Virus record (IMG/VR): IMGVR_UViG_3300048988_000010
Location: 1-40,157 of that record
Length of the DNA stretch: 40,157 nucleotides
Strand: one strand, 5' to 3'
Origin: a virus
Taxonomy: Duplodnaviria; Caudoviricetes
This document shows positions 8,215-18,091 of the stretch, in pieces (positions within the stretch are counted from its first letter, which is position 1; each line of letters opens with the position of its first letter). Under the pieces are notes generated by a model. It was not told the DNA's origin. It saw nothing but the letters and a program-made list of their open reading frames with translations, and ran no database searches. A program made the position numbers and the translations under genes.

Positions 8215-8370
8215 AAAATTTCGATACTCATCGTATAAAGAGACATCGCGACTCAGCGTTAAGAGTAATCAGCGTAGAAGGTTCGAATCTTCATATGTAT
8301 TAAAAACGGCTGTAAGTTAGGTTCGGCCTCCACTTAATGCATAACGTAAACATATACCTTAAGGGGTACT

Positions 8371-9360
8371 ATGTCGATTACGACTACTTCCCAGTTGGGC
8401 CCGATGATCTTGCAATCACTCGCGCCAGCTATGTTATACGTTCCCACGCCAACTATGAACTACATTACAGTATGCGACAAAGTGTCGATGCCTGCTAATG
8501 GCGGTACAACTTGTCGTTTTATGCGCCCTCGCGCACTCCAACCACCTACTGTACAATTAGGCAATAGTGGAATAGACCCGCCCGCGCAGGTCCCCCAAAG
8601 GGACATAATCGATGCCCAGATGGCTTTCTTTGGTACAGGCTGTATCATAAACGAGCAAGTAATTTTGCAAGATCAAGAAGGTGTTTTGGCGTGGGTTTCA
8701 GAGCGTTTAGCCGTTGCCATGCGTCAAGCTGAAGATTTGATTTTGCGAGATTATATCGTTTCCGCTGCGAGTCAGATAAACGCCGGAGGGGGAGGAGGTT
8801 CTTTCAACCCTACGCCACTGGGTGTGACAGACTTTAGTTTAGTAGCTACGACTCTTGATACTAATAATGCATATAAGTTCATGTCAGGTATCAACGGGGA
8901 TCTACGTTTTGGAACTGGACCTGTGCGCTCAAGTTATTTCATGTTAAGTTCGACTGAACTCCAGTCAGATTTTGATGCTATGGTTGCTAGCGGTAATATT
9001 TCATTCCAAAACCAATGGAATTATCCTACTAATGCCAGTGCGTTGCCATCAGAGTACGGAGCAGTAGCTAACATTAGAATTTTAACCAGCTCTGAAGCTC
9101 CTGTAGCGCGTAACGCTGCTACTAACTCATCCGGTCAGACTTCTGACGTCTACTACAATACAGTATTAGGTAAACAAGCTATTACACATATCAATCAAGA
9201 TGGTTTCTCGATGAACCTTATTTATCGTGATCCTTACTACTCTGGTATGTTAGCTCAAAATGCAACACTTGCTGTTAAATTTGCTCAAGCTCAAGCGCTT
9301 ACTCAAGATACAGCTATTCGTAATGTTCTTTCAACTCGCTCTAGCGCATTGGGGGTATAA
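8371..9360 (+). CDS. Major capsid protein (N4-gp56-like)
   Basis: 329 aa with MPANGGTTCRFMR, EDLILRD, EYGAVANIRILTS and LAQNATLAVK; strong AAGGGG RBS; follows the scaffold. Confidence 0.85.
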   Translation: MSITTTSQLGPMILQSLAPAMLYVPTPTMNYITVCDKVSMPANGGTTCRFMRPRALQPPTVQLGNSGIDPPAQVPQRDIIDAQMAFFGTGCIINEQVILQDQEGVLAWVSERLAVAMRQAEDLILRDYIVSAASQINAGGGGGSFNPTPLGVTDFSLVATTLDTNNAYKFMSGINGDLRFGTGPVRSSYFMLSSTELQSDFDAMVASGNISFQNQWNYPTNASALPSEYGAVANIRILTSSEAPVARNAATNSSGQTSDVYYNTVLGKQAITHINQDGFSMNLIYRDPYYSGMLAQNATLAVKFAQAQALTQDTAIRNVLSTRSSALGV

Positions 9361-9361
9361 G

Positions 9362-10522
9362 ATGGCTGAATATTCAAGACTAGCAAAAGGATCTTTCACA
9401 GCAACAGGAACATCAGCAATTGTTAATTTACCTTTCCAGCCTGACTATGTTGAATTGTGGAATTACACAAACATTAAGACGATTGCTGCAAGTAAAGTGA
9501 CTCGAGCATGGTGGGATAATAAACTTATTGATGGGTCTACTAATCCAACTATGATTGAAGGATATAGCTCAGGAAGTACGACAAGATTTGATGTCATATC
9601 AAATGATGCAACACATCCTGCAATCAATACGTTTTCGGCTGGACAATTATTACAATATGGCCCGTCAAAACAGATTGTAAGTGCTACGGCTGCTAATCCT
9701 CCTGTGTTTACTGTAACAGGACATGGTTATCAAGTTGGAGATACTGTCCTATTAAGAGGTTTATATCAGACTTCGTCTACAGGTATGGCTCAGATGGCAG
9801 GAATGATGTTTACTATCACAGCAGTGAGTGCAAACACATTTACAGTTAATTGGAATGCTAGCACTTCGGCTTATACTGCATTAAGTGGTTCGCCGGTTGG
9901 ATCAACTGTAGTTAAAGTATTGTATCCGTTCCTTTATGAACCGCAAGACAACTATGTTTCAGCGATTACTTTAGGGGCTAATACAACTATTACTACTACT
10001 ATGTATCACAATTTTGAAGTTGGTCAAGAGATTGCATTTAGGATTCCTCAACCTTGGGGAACAGTGGAATTAAATTCACTTCCTAATTTGTTGATTCCTG
10101 GTTCTCCGGCTTATGGATATGTTGTATCTGTGACAGACAATTGGACATTTGTATGCAATATTAACTCAAGTTCATATAGTGCATATACAGCCAATCAGCC
10201 GCTTACACCGACAAATACAGTACCGGGCCTTTCATGGCCTCAAGTTGTAGCTGTAGGTGATGTAAATACAGGCGGACTTGCAATTAGTCCGGGTTCTTCG
10301 TTATATCCAAGCCCTCAATTTCCAACATCTACTAATCGTGTACCAACGATTAATGGCCCGGCAATTAGAGGTGCATTTGTGAATAACACATCACAAGGAT
10401 TCACGATTGGAAGTGGAACAGCTACAGTGATAACGGCTGCTACTCTGATCACTGAAGGTGATATTGTGTATTGGCATGCTTATTTGCATGACTATAGTAG
10501 CCCAGGCTATACAAGTCTATAA
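9362..10522 (+). CDS. Virion structural protein (beta-rich, FCCH-like repeats)
   Basis: Probable start MAEYSRL at 9362 with GGGGG RBS. Contains ATAANPPVFTVTGHGYQVGDTV and a second similar HNFEVGQEI unit. Confidence 0.75.
   Translation: MAEYSRLAKGSFTATGTSAIVNLPFQPDYVELWNYTNIKTIAASKVTRAWWDNKLIDGSTNPTMIEGYSSGSTTRFDVISNDATHPAINTFSAGQLLQYGPSKQIVSATAANPPVFTVTGHGYQVGDTVLLRGLYQTSSTGMAQMAGMMFTITAVSANTFTVNWNASTSAYTALSGSPVGSTVVKVLYPFLYEPQDNYVSAITLGANTTITTTMYHNFEVGQEIAFRIPQPWGTVELNSLPNLLIPGSPAYGYVVSVTDNWTFVCNINSSSYSAYTANQPLTPTNTVPGLSWPQVVAVGDVNTGGLAISPGSSLYPSPQFPTSTNRVPTINGPAIRGAFVNNTSQGFTIGSGTATVITAATLITEGDIVYWHAYLHDYSSPGYTSL
10239..10272 (+). repeat. 34-bp exact repeat shared with 10894-10927
   Basis: CTCAAGTTGTAGCTGTAGGTGATGTAAATACAGG in both genes. 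Confidence 0.95.
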
Positions 10523-10527
10523 ATGAT

Positions 10528-10559
10528 AAAAGGTGCTGGCACTATGCAGCACCTTTTTT
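10528..10559 (+). terminator. Rho-independent terminator
   Basis: AAAAGGTGCTG-gcactatg-CAGCACCTTTTTT. Confidence 0.85.
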
Positions 10560-10568
10560 AGGAGATTA

Positions 10569-11003
10569 ATGACAAGTTCAACAGTAATCAGTTATCCTAT
10601 TCCAGTTTATCAAAATTTACCTATTCATGCTGAGTTTTACCAACCTAACGTTTTTGTGATTGAACGTGTCCAAAGAGGTATAACAACACTAGTAACAACT
10701 GTTCTCCCAACAAATTTTGTCGTCGGCCAAGAGATTAGATTGTTAATTCCACCTATTTTTGGTAGCATCGAATTAAATGGAAAAACAGGATTTGTACTAT
10801 CATTTACGAGCCCCACAATCATGGAAGTGTCAATTGATTCATCTCAAAATGTCACTGTATATGATATAACGGCTGTTGCAACGATTCAAAATGCTCAAGT
10901 TGTAGCTGTAGGTGATGTAAATACAGGATCAATTAATACTAATGGTCTGACAAATCAGGGTACTTTTATTCCCGGAGCATTTATTAATATTTCACCCCTT
11001 TAG
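10569..11003 (+). CDS. Virion protein paralogous to the C-terminal domain of the upstream gene
   Basis: AGGAG RBS before ATG 10569. NFVVGQEIRLLIP..GSIELN, QVVAVGDVNTG and GAFIN match the upstream protein. Confidence 0.8.
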   Translation: MTSSTVISYPIPVYQNLPIHAEFYQPNVFVIERVQRGITTLVTTVLPTNFVVGQEIRLLIPPIFGSIELNGKTGFVLSFTSPTIMEVSIDSSQNVTVYDITAVATIQNAQVVAVGDVNTGSINTNGLTNQGTFIPGAFINISPL

Positions 11004-11008
11004 GAATC

Positions 11009-11593
11009 ATGCAAAAAAAACCAAATATGAATTCAGAATCAGAAAAAGAACTAGATAAAGTCGAGGGACAATTCAAAGACTTCTCTGATAATGTAAATAG
11101 TTTAACTTTAGATCGAATGAATCAAACTCCTAAGCATGAAGTAGAGCAACAAACGAAACTTTCTCAACAGGAATTATCTAAAAAGAAAGAAATATATTTG
11201 AAACCTCACCGAACAGTTAGCTGCCAAGACAAATTCAACGAAGATTATCGTACACAATTCGAATATGACAAAGAATACGTTCAGTTCATTGCTGAAAACC
11301 GTGAAATTCTTGGTGAAGATATCGATATTTGGACAAGACCCTATGGTGGAATGCCTGCCGAATGGTGGAAAGTACCAGTAAATAAGCCCGTTTGGGGTCC
11401 TCGATATCTAGCAGAACAGATTAAACGATGCTATTATCACAGATTGATTATGAAGCAGTCAACTAGCGTTGGAGGTGATCAGATGGGTGAGTACTATGGA
11501 GCAATGGCAGCAGATACGACGATTCAACGTTTAGATGCAATGCCTGTTTCTACTAAACGCACTGTTTTTATGGGGCAAAATTCTAATTTTTAG
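11009..11593 (+). CDS. Hypothetical protein
   Basis: 194-aa ORF within the operon. Confidence 0.8.
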   Translation: MQKKPNMNSESEKELDKVEGQFKDFSDNVNSLTLDRMNQTPKHEVEQQTKLSQQELSKKKEIYLKPHRTVSCQDKFNEDYRTQFEYDKEYVQFIAENREILGEDIDIWTRPYGGMPAEWWKVPVNKPVWGPRYLAEQIKRCYYHRLIMKQSTSVGGDQMGEYYGAMAADTTIQRLDAMPVSTKRTVFMGQNSNF

Positions 11594-11599
11594 GACTAT

Positions 11600-12787
11600 A
11601 TGTATACCCTAGATGATATAATAACGTATGTTAGACGGCTGATAAAAACCCCTAGTAATACTACTATTTCAACCGGTCTGATCATAGATTATATTAACCG
11701 TTTTTGGATCAATGACGTTGATGCGAGCATGCAACTATTTGATCTGAAAACGAAGTACCAGTTTATGACGACTCCGGGTGTTGATCAGTACAATATGCCG
11801 ATGTATGATGATCAGTTTGAAAGTCCCGATAATAATTTACAGGTTATTCGCCAATATCCAATATATCAAGGTGTGGTAGGAAATTTCTATTGCAATGGAA
11901 TAAATCTAGCTTTTCATACAGAGAAAAGAAGCTTTTTCAATGCATTTCCTAATATTTTACAAACTTTTGAAGCTGTAGTAGTGGGAAATGGAACTGCTGT
12001 CTATATTATACAATTACCCATTCTTCCTTTTGTTCCTCCTCCAAATCCTCCAATCAATGCTATTATTCGTGGTCATGTGGATATGACAGGAATAATTGAA
12101 ACATTAAATAATGTAGATCCTCCACGTGGAGCCAGTTTTAATACTAGAATTCCTGTCACAAGTGTAGAAGCACGAGTATTTATCAGCACTCTTAGCAGTT
12201 CAAACGAAAATATTATCATTACAGATTCAGGTCAGTTCTTAGATACGAATAAGAATTGTGGTATTTTAATGATTCCAGGTAAAGCTCCTTTAGGAAATTT
12301 AGCAATTCCTGGCGGATATAATCAAACAAAAAATGTTGTTAATTATACTACAGGAACAATATATGTTGATTTCAATACTTCAATTCTTTCCGGAAGAAAT
12401 ATAAATGTTACATGTTCTTTTTTTCAAAGCGGAATTCCTAGAGCGGCATTATTTTATAACAACTGTATAACCCTTCGTAATGTTCCCGATAAACAGTATG
12501 TGATTGAAATGGATGCATATCTAACTCCAGCAGCATTTCTAAACACTTTTGATTCTATTCAATTCGGATACATGTCGGAGTATATAGCTCGTGGTGCTGC
12601 TCGTAAAATATTGACAGATACAGGAGATGTGGAGCAATTCAATTTCTATGAGCCATTGTTCAAAGAACAAGAAACTCTTGTACACAAAAGAAGTCAAAGA
12701 CAATGGACGTCTACAAGAACACAGACTATATATAGTCAGGGAATGAATATAGGCCAAGGAAACAACGGAATAGGCGGAACAATATGA
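11600..12787 (+). CDS. Putative head-tail adaptor protein
   Basis: TLDDIITYVRRL N-terminus, PGVDQYNMP, and a VPDKQYVIEMDAY...YIARGAA C-terminus typical of podoviral adaptors; position fits. Confidence 0.55.
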   Translation: MYTLDDIITYVRRLIKTPSNTTISTGLIIDYINRFWINDVDASMQLFDLKTKYQFMTTPGVDQYNMPMYDDQFESPDNNLQVIRQYPIYQGVVGNFYCNGINLAFHTEKRSFFNAFPNILQTFEAVVVGNGTAVYIIQLPILPFVPPPNPPINAIIRGHVDMTGIIETLNNVDPPRGASFNTRIPVTSVEARVFISTLSSSNENIIITDSGQFLDTNKNCGILMIPGKAPLGNLAIPGGYNQTKNVVNYTTGTIYVDFNTSILSGRNINVTCSFFQSGIPRAALFYNNCITLRNVPDKQYVIEMDAYLTPAAFLNTFDSIQFGYMSEYIARGAARKILTDTGDVEQFNFYEPLFKEQETLVHKRSQRQWTSTRTQTIYSQGMNIGQGNNGIGGTI

Positions 12788-13479
12788 ATTTAAACTACTT
12801 TACGAATATTCCTTTTGCATCGAATGATCCATCGATCGATCAACCTAACATGCAGACCAACACGAATTCAATCAGTGCTTGGGTTGATGTTGATCATTAT
12901 GGATTTAAAAATGCTTCAAATCTAGGAGGATTGCATACTCAAGTTACGATGCCAGTTTTGGGTGCAATTCCAGCAAGATTGCTAAGTACAAGTGGTATTT
13001 TATATACTAAAAATGTTCCTGTATACACTGCTACACCTCAAAGCGCAAATACTCTATTTTACACTGCCGGAACATCTGCCAAAGAATATCAGATAACCAG
13101 AACTATTAATAACAACACTCAATTTAATCTTTTTTCTACGCAGACAGCATATCAGGCAACCGCAAACGCTGAGTTCAAAGGTGGATGGACGTTTTTGCCT
13201 GGGGGGATGTTGTTAATGTACGGAACTGTGACAAATCTTGTGGCTCCATTTACTGTTCCTGTAACCGTTCCTTTTCCTATTGAATTTACTGTAAATCCTT
13301 ATTCTATCACGGCAACAGTCACTAAAAGATTTAATCCAGTTCTTAGTATTGATTCAGTTATACAAATAGTAGATGGATCTGTTTCAACCACTAATTTTCA
13401 AGTAGTATTTGGAACTTCAGCTTTAGTTTCTGGTAATCTCCAAGTTGTAAGTTTCTCATGGATGGCAATAGGAACATGA
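12784..13479 (+). CDS. Putative tail/fibre protein with gp53-like C-terminal domain
   Basis: GWTFLPGGMLLMYG...VPFPIEF...FSWMAIG pattern. Confidence 0.6.
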   Translation: MNLNYFTNIPFASNDPSIDQPNMQTNTNSISAWVDVDHYGFKNASNLGGLHTQVTMPVLGAIPARLLSTSGILYTKNVPVYTATPQSANTLFYTAGTSAKEYQITRTINNNTQFNLFSTQTAYQATANAEFKGGWTFLPGGMLLMYGTVTNLVAPFTVPVTVPFPIEFTVNPYSITATVTKRFNPVLSIDSVIQIVDGSVSTTNFQVVFGTSALVSGNLQVVSFSWMAIGT

Positions 13480-16298
13480 CACCTAACCAAATAATCGTTG
13501 GCCCTATAAATAGAGGTCTACAAGAAAATCGTACAGCTTTCGTTATTGATAACGATTCCTTCCCTGTTTTGCAAAATGCTTATCAGTGGAGAGGAAGAGT
13601 ATTAAGAAAGCGTGGAACCTCTTTCTTGAATCGGTTATCTCGTTTTGTTGATACCACCAATACTAGTTACAGCTCAGTTGATACAATTATAGTAGATGCA
13701 GATAGAAATATAAACCTAATAACAGGTTTTGGTTTAGAAGCGTCATCAAGTTTTGTTCCTACAATGATCACGCTTACAGATACAACCAGTGGACAAATAT
13801 TTACAGATCCAGCAGGGGACGGGATTCTTGTAGGGAATGCAGGAGGATCAGGAACGATAAACTATGCATCAGGAATTGCACATTTCAATAGTGCTGGATC
13901 TATAGGGCATTTAATTTCTGCAAGTTTTGTGTATTATCCTGGATTACCTGTTCTAGGATTAGAATATTTCAATGTAACTCCTATTCGTTTCAGTGGAACT
14001 TTAGCTTTTGATAATAAATATGCCTACAATATATCCCCCTTCTTTCCATATCGCATTTACGATGTAAGTTTCTACAAGATTTCAAATGTTCCTTATAATT
14101 TGTATGCGCCTAAAACAGATGCAACTCCTTTCACATTTAATGGACAAACATACCAACAATTTTGGTCTCAGAATTATCAAGGTGCATTCTGGGTGACTAA
14201 TGGCGTTCAGGTGCCTCTATTATTGAATAATATAGGAATGCAATTCGCTTCCGCCGCTGACATCACATTTGTTAGTAGACCTGATGCTCAAACTATTATT
14301 GTCACTATCGTTAACTGCCCTCTGGTTGTAGGTGATTTTGTATTTTTAAATGAATGGACTGGGACTAGTGACGCAGCTTCTCGATCAATCAATTTACAAA
14401 CGGGATATGTAACGGCTGTTGCTGGTAATTTTGCATTACTTACAGTCACTATCAAATTCCCATTGACCACGATTATTTCTCCTGTGAATTATGTTCCGGG
14501 AATAATCCAATATTTGACAAATCGATCGGACAACACATTAGATTGTATTAGGTGGTATGATGGAGATCCTACAAATGGCGCTAATCCTACTGTTTTAGTA
14601 GATGGTCAGGGATGGGTTAATTTCATGCCTCCTTTGAGCAGAAATATCTTTTCTATCGCGCAGTTACCGTTAGCACAATATTACTTAGTCGGCGCTAGAT
14701 TAATACAAGATTTTAAAGATAGATTACTTTTCATCGGTCCCGTAGTTCAGGCAGCAAATGGATCTAAATTCTATCTTCAAGATACTGTTATATATTCACA
14801 GAACGGAACTCCCTACTATACATCTTCTTTTAATGGTGATCCTTCTTTATCTACTACCGTATATAGTCCTGTTTTAGTTCCAGACAATCAAACTGCAGCA
14901 CCTAATGCTTGGTGGGAAGATCAACCCGGTTTTGGTGGTTTCATTGTTTCAGGTATAGATCAACCTATTCTTAGTTCTGTAAAAAACGAAGATGTATTGC
15001 TTTTAGGAGCTCCTTTCAATCAGATGAGATTAGTTTATACTGGAAACGATCTATTACCTTTTCAATTTTATCTAATAGATAGCGAGCTATCAACTAATAG
15101 CTCTTTTTCTACTATTAACATGGGTCATGGATCGATGACTCGCGGAGAAAGAGGGATAATCATAACAAATCAGAGAGAAGCTAAGCGTATGGACTTAGAT
15201 ATACCTGATCAAATCTTTGAGATTAATTTATTGAATAATGGCGCTGAAAGATTTACTGGACAAAGAGATTTTCTTAGCGAATGGGTATACTACACCTACA
15301 ATTCAAATCAAAGCGAAGCAATCTATCCTTCTCAAACACTCCTCTATAACTATAGAGATCATTCATGGGCTATTTTCAATGAATCTTATACGCATTATGG
15401 TCAATTCGTTAAACGAACCGGTTTAACATGGGGAACAGTTGGAGCGGAAGTAGGGACATGGAGTGCATGGAATAATCCCTGGAGTTCGAGCACATCTTCT
15501 GTTTCATCAGCACAGGTAATTGCAGGTAATCAACAAGGATTTGTTGTAATTAGACAAGATGCAATCAAGGGTAACACTTATGAATCAGATTCTCTTTTTA
15601 TTCAAGCCATCAATAATACAACAGCAACAATTACATCTATTGATCATGGATTAAATGAGAATGACTATATAGTGATTACTGGATGTATGGGAGTTACGGC
15701 ATTGAACGGAAAGATTTTTTCAGTTCAAAATGTAACTCAAAACACTTTTGATCTAAATTCATCTGATCCAATAAATATAGGAACAGGAACCTATATCGGT
15801 GGTGGACTAATTAAGAAAATGTACGTTCCATTCATTCAGACCAAGCAATTTCCTGCCTTTTGGAACTCAGCAAGAAAGACTAGAATTGGTGTTCAACGTT
15901 ATTTATTTACTACAACTCGAGCCGGAAAAGTACAATTATTCATCTATTTAAGTCAAAGCTCCGATGAACCATTCAATGGGGGCCCAATTTTCCCTAAGAT
16001 TAATAGCAAAAATGATTGTCTAATTTACACCACAACAGTATTTACATGCCCAGAGAGCACAAACCTAGGTTTAACGCCGGCCAATGCTAGTTTAATGATG
16101 ATTTCAGATGATCTAGGATCTAGTCCACAATCCCAGATATGGCATAGACTGAATACATCATTGATCGGGGATACGGTTCAGCTAGGTTTTACATTGTCTG
16201 ATGAACAGATGAGAGATATTAATTTTACAAATCAATTTGTCGAGATTGAACTTCACGGATTCACTTTAGACGTGTACCCTTCACAAATGCTATGCTAG
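13476..16298 (+). CDS. Putative tail nozzle / tubular protein B-like
   Basis: About 940-aa beta-rich protein (LQNAYQWRGRVLRKRGT, FKDRLLF, LLYNYRDHSW). ATGA overlap at 13476. Confidence 0.6.
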   Translation: MTPNQIIVGPINRGLQENRTAFVIDNDSFPVLQNAYQWRGRVLRKRGTSFLNRLSRFVDTTNTSYSSVDTIIVDADRNINLITGFGLEASSSFVPTMITLTDTTSGQIFTDPAGDGILVGNAGGSGTINYASGIAHFNSAGSIGHLISASFVYYPGLPVLGLEYFNVTPIRFSGTLAFDNKYAYNISPFFPYRIYDVSFYKISNVPYNLYAPKTDATPFTFNGQTYQQFWSQNYQGAFWVTNGVQVPLLLNNIGMQFASAADITFVSRPDAQTIIVTIVNCPLVVGDFVFLNEWTGTSDAASRSINLQTGYVTAVAGNFALLTVTIKFPLTTIISPVNYVPGIIQYLTNRSDNTLDCIRWYDGDPTNGANPTVLVDGQGWVNFMPPLSRNIFSIAQLPLAQYYLVGARLIQDFKDRLLFIGPVVQAANGSKFYLQDTVIYSQNGTPYYTSSFNGDPSLSTTVYSPVLVPDNQTAAPNAWWEDQPGFGGFIVSGIDQPILSSVKNEDVLLLGAPFNQMRLVYTGNDLLPFQFYLIDSELSTNSSFSTINMGHGSMTRGERGIIITNQREAKRMDLDIPDQIFEINLLNNGAERFTGQRDFLSEWVYYTYNSNQSEAIYPSQTLLYNYRDHSWAIFNESYTHYGQFVKRTGLTWGTVGAEVGTWSAWNNPWSSSTSSVSSAQVIAGNQQGFVVIRQDAIKGNTYESDSLFIQAINNTTATITSIDHGLNENDYIVITGCMGVTALNGKIFSVQNVTQNTFDLNSSDPINIGTGTYIGGGLIKKMYVPFIQTKQFPAFWNSARKTRIGVQRYLFTTTRAGKVQLFIYLSQSSDEPFNGGPIFPKINSKNDCLIYTTTVFTCPESTNLGLTPANASLMMISDDLGSSPQSQIWHRLNTSLIGDTVQLGFTLSDEQMRDINFTNQFVEIELHGFTLDVYPSQMLC

Positions 16299-16304
16299 GT
16301 TAAT

Positions 16305-16775
16305 ATGTCGACCAATATACTAAATCAAATGCCTTACTTGAGGACTTCTAGAAGCTTTAAAGAAGAACTACCTCAGCTATCCGTTGAGTTGAACAAAGCC
16401 TATCTGGATACTGCAAACACAGTCAATGCAAGGACAATAGGGCTTTTCGCTACTAATAAAGCCTCCATAACGGGTGAAGAATGGTTTGTTGATACAAGTG
16501 CAAAAAGACAAGGATTTAGGCAAGCATATACTTTTACAGGTGTAGGAAACATTCCACATGGATTAAATTTCAAGGACATCTATATTTTCACTAGATGTTA
16601 TGGCGAGTATACAGACGGAACGAATTGGTATGGTGTAATCAGTGGTTCAAGTGTTGGAATTGCAGGACAAATTTCCTTTTACATAGACCTAACGAATATT
16701 GTGATACTGAACGGTGGAGGAGCTCCTGTGATTGTAAACGGGGTTCTTGTTCTCGAATGGCTATCTAATGTATGA
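16305..16775 (+). CDS. Hypothetical virion protein
   Basis: 156-aa ORF in the tail operon. Confidence 0.7.
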   Translation: MSTNILNQMPYLRTSRSFKEELPQLSVELNKAYLDTANTVNARTIGLFATNKASITGEEWFVDTSAKRQGFRQAYTFTGVGNIPHGLNFKDIYIFTRCYGEYTDGTNWYGVISGSSVGIAGQISFYIDLTNIVILNGGGAPVIVNGVLVLEWLSNV

Positions 16776-16796
16776 TCAAGAAAAAGTAGGTAATAT

Positions 16797-17384
16797 ATGC
16801 CAATGCCAAGCGGTGCGTATTCTTCAAATGGTTCTTCCTCGAATATGTCTGAGACTGTTCCTGTAGATTATAGCAAATTTAAATTAAACAACTATACTCC
16901 TGATCAGATGCAATTGCATCAACAGCAATATAGTCAAGTTGATCCTAACAGTTATCTGTCAAAGTTAGCTAACGGGGATCAGAACGCATATGAAGAAATG
17001 GAAAGACCGGCTCTCCAGCAATTCAATTCTATACAAGGAAACATCGCATCTAGATTTAGCGGAATGGGAATGGGTTCAAGAAATAGCAGTGGATTTCAGA
17101 ATAGTATGAATTCAGCTTCTCAAGATTTTGCAGGTCAATTGCAATCTAAGCGTGCAGATATGAGACGTCAAGCGATTATGGATTTGATGGGACTGAGCAA
17201 TCAGATACTGAACCAAAAACCATATGAAAAAGGTCTGGTTGCGGATGCTCAACAAGAGCAAAAACCAGCAATGGGAGGTTGGGCACCTGTAATCGGCGCT
17301 GGCGTTGGAGCTGTAGGAGGTATGTATATGGGAAATCCTGTTGCAGGTGCACAAATTGGTTATGGATTAGGTTCAGCAATTTAA
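16797..17384 (+). CDS. Putative internal virion / ejection protein
   Basis: Q/S/M-rich with a Gly-zipper hydrophobic C-terminus (IGAGVGAVGGMYMGNPVAGAQIG). Confidence 0.6.
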   Translation: MPMPSGAYSSNGSSSNMSETVPVDYSKFKLNNYTPDQMQLHQQQYSQVDPNSYLSKLANGDQNAYEEMERPALQQFNSIQGNIASRFSGMGMGSRNSSGFQNSMNSASQDFAGQLQSKRADMRRQAIMDLMGLSNQILNQKPYEKGLVADAQQEQKPAMGGWAPVIGAGVGAVGGMYMGNPVAGAQIGYGLGSAI

Positions 17385-17394
17385 GAGGTAGAAA

Positions 17395-18087
17395 ATGGTT
17401 CAGATAATTCCAGCAAATCCAAAAATACGACATAGATCATTTGGTGAAAGTCTTAGTGAAGGCGTTGGAAGGGCATTACCTATTGTATCGGAAGCTTATG
17501 ACCAATATCAGAATAAGCAAGCTAGAGAAGCTGAAAACAAATCCATTATGGAAAATTATGGAATAAATCTTTCTGGTCTATCTCCTGAAAGTCGTAAAAC
17601 TGTACTAGCTGAAGAATTAAAAGGTAAAAATAAATTAAACTTATTAGATGCTCAGAACGCAGTTAAATCTCAAATGATGACTCCTCAGCAGGAAAAGAAT
17701 CAGCAAGAATTAAAAAGATTAACTGGTGCATTAGGTGTTATTGATGAGATGGAGCAAATAGGACAAGGAGGAAATCTTGGCTTAGGAACTACATTTCAAC
17801 AAGCGATATCACCTCAAGCAAGAGAAGATGCAGGGAAATACGAAACATTAGGTAAATCTTTAATTTCTTACGCATCAAGTATTCCAATTAGAAACAGAGC
17901 TGAATTTGATGTTTTGGCAGAAAAGCTTTATGATCCTTCTATTTCAGATTCAGGAAGAAAAGGAATTTTGAATGGAATGAGAAAAATCATTCAAAATTCA
18001 ATTAGTGCATTTGGAATAGAAGAAGATGAAGAAGAAATTCCTAAAAAAACAAGTAAAAGACCTCCCTTATCATCGTTTATGAGGTAA
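17395..18087 (+). CDS. Putative ejection protein
   Basis: 230-aa helical protein; position fits. Confidence 0.5.
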   Translation: MVQIIPANPKIRHRSFGESLSEGVGRALPIVSEAYDQYQNKQAREAENKSIMENYGINLSGLSPESRKTVLAEELKGKNKLNLLDAQNAVKSQMMTPQQEKNQQELKRLTGALGVIDEMEQIGQGGNLGLGTTFQQAISPQAREDAGKYETLGKSLISYASSIPIRNRAEFDVLAEKLYDPSISDSGRKGILNGMRKIIQNSISAFGIEEDEEEIPKKTSKRPPLSSFMR

Positions 18088-18091
18088 AAAT

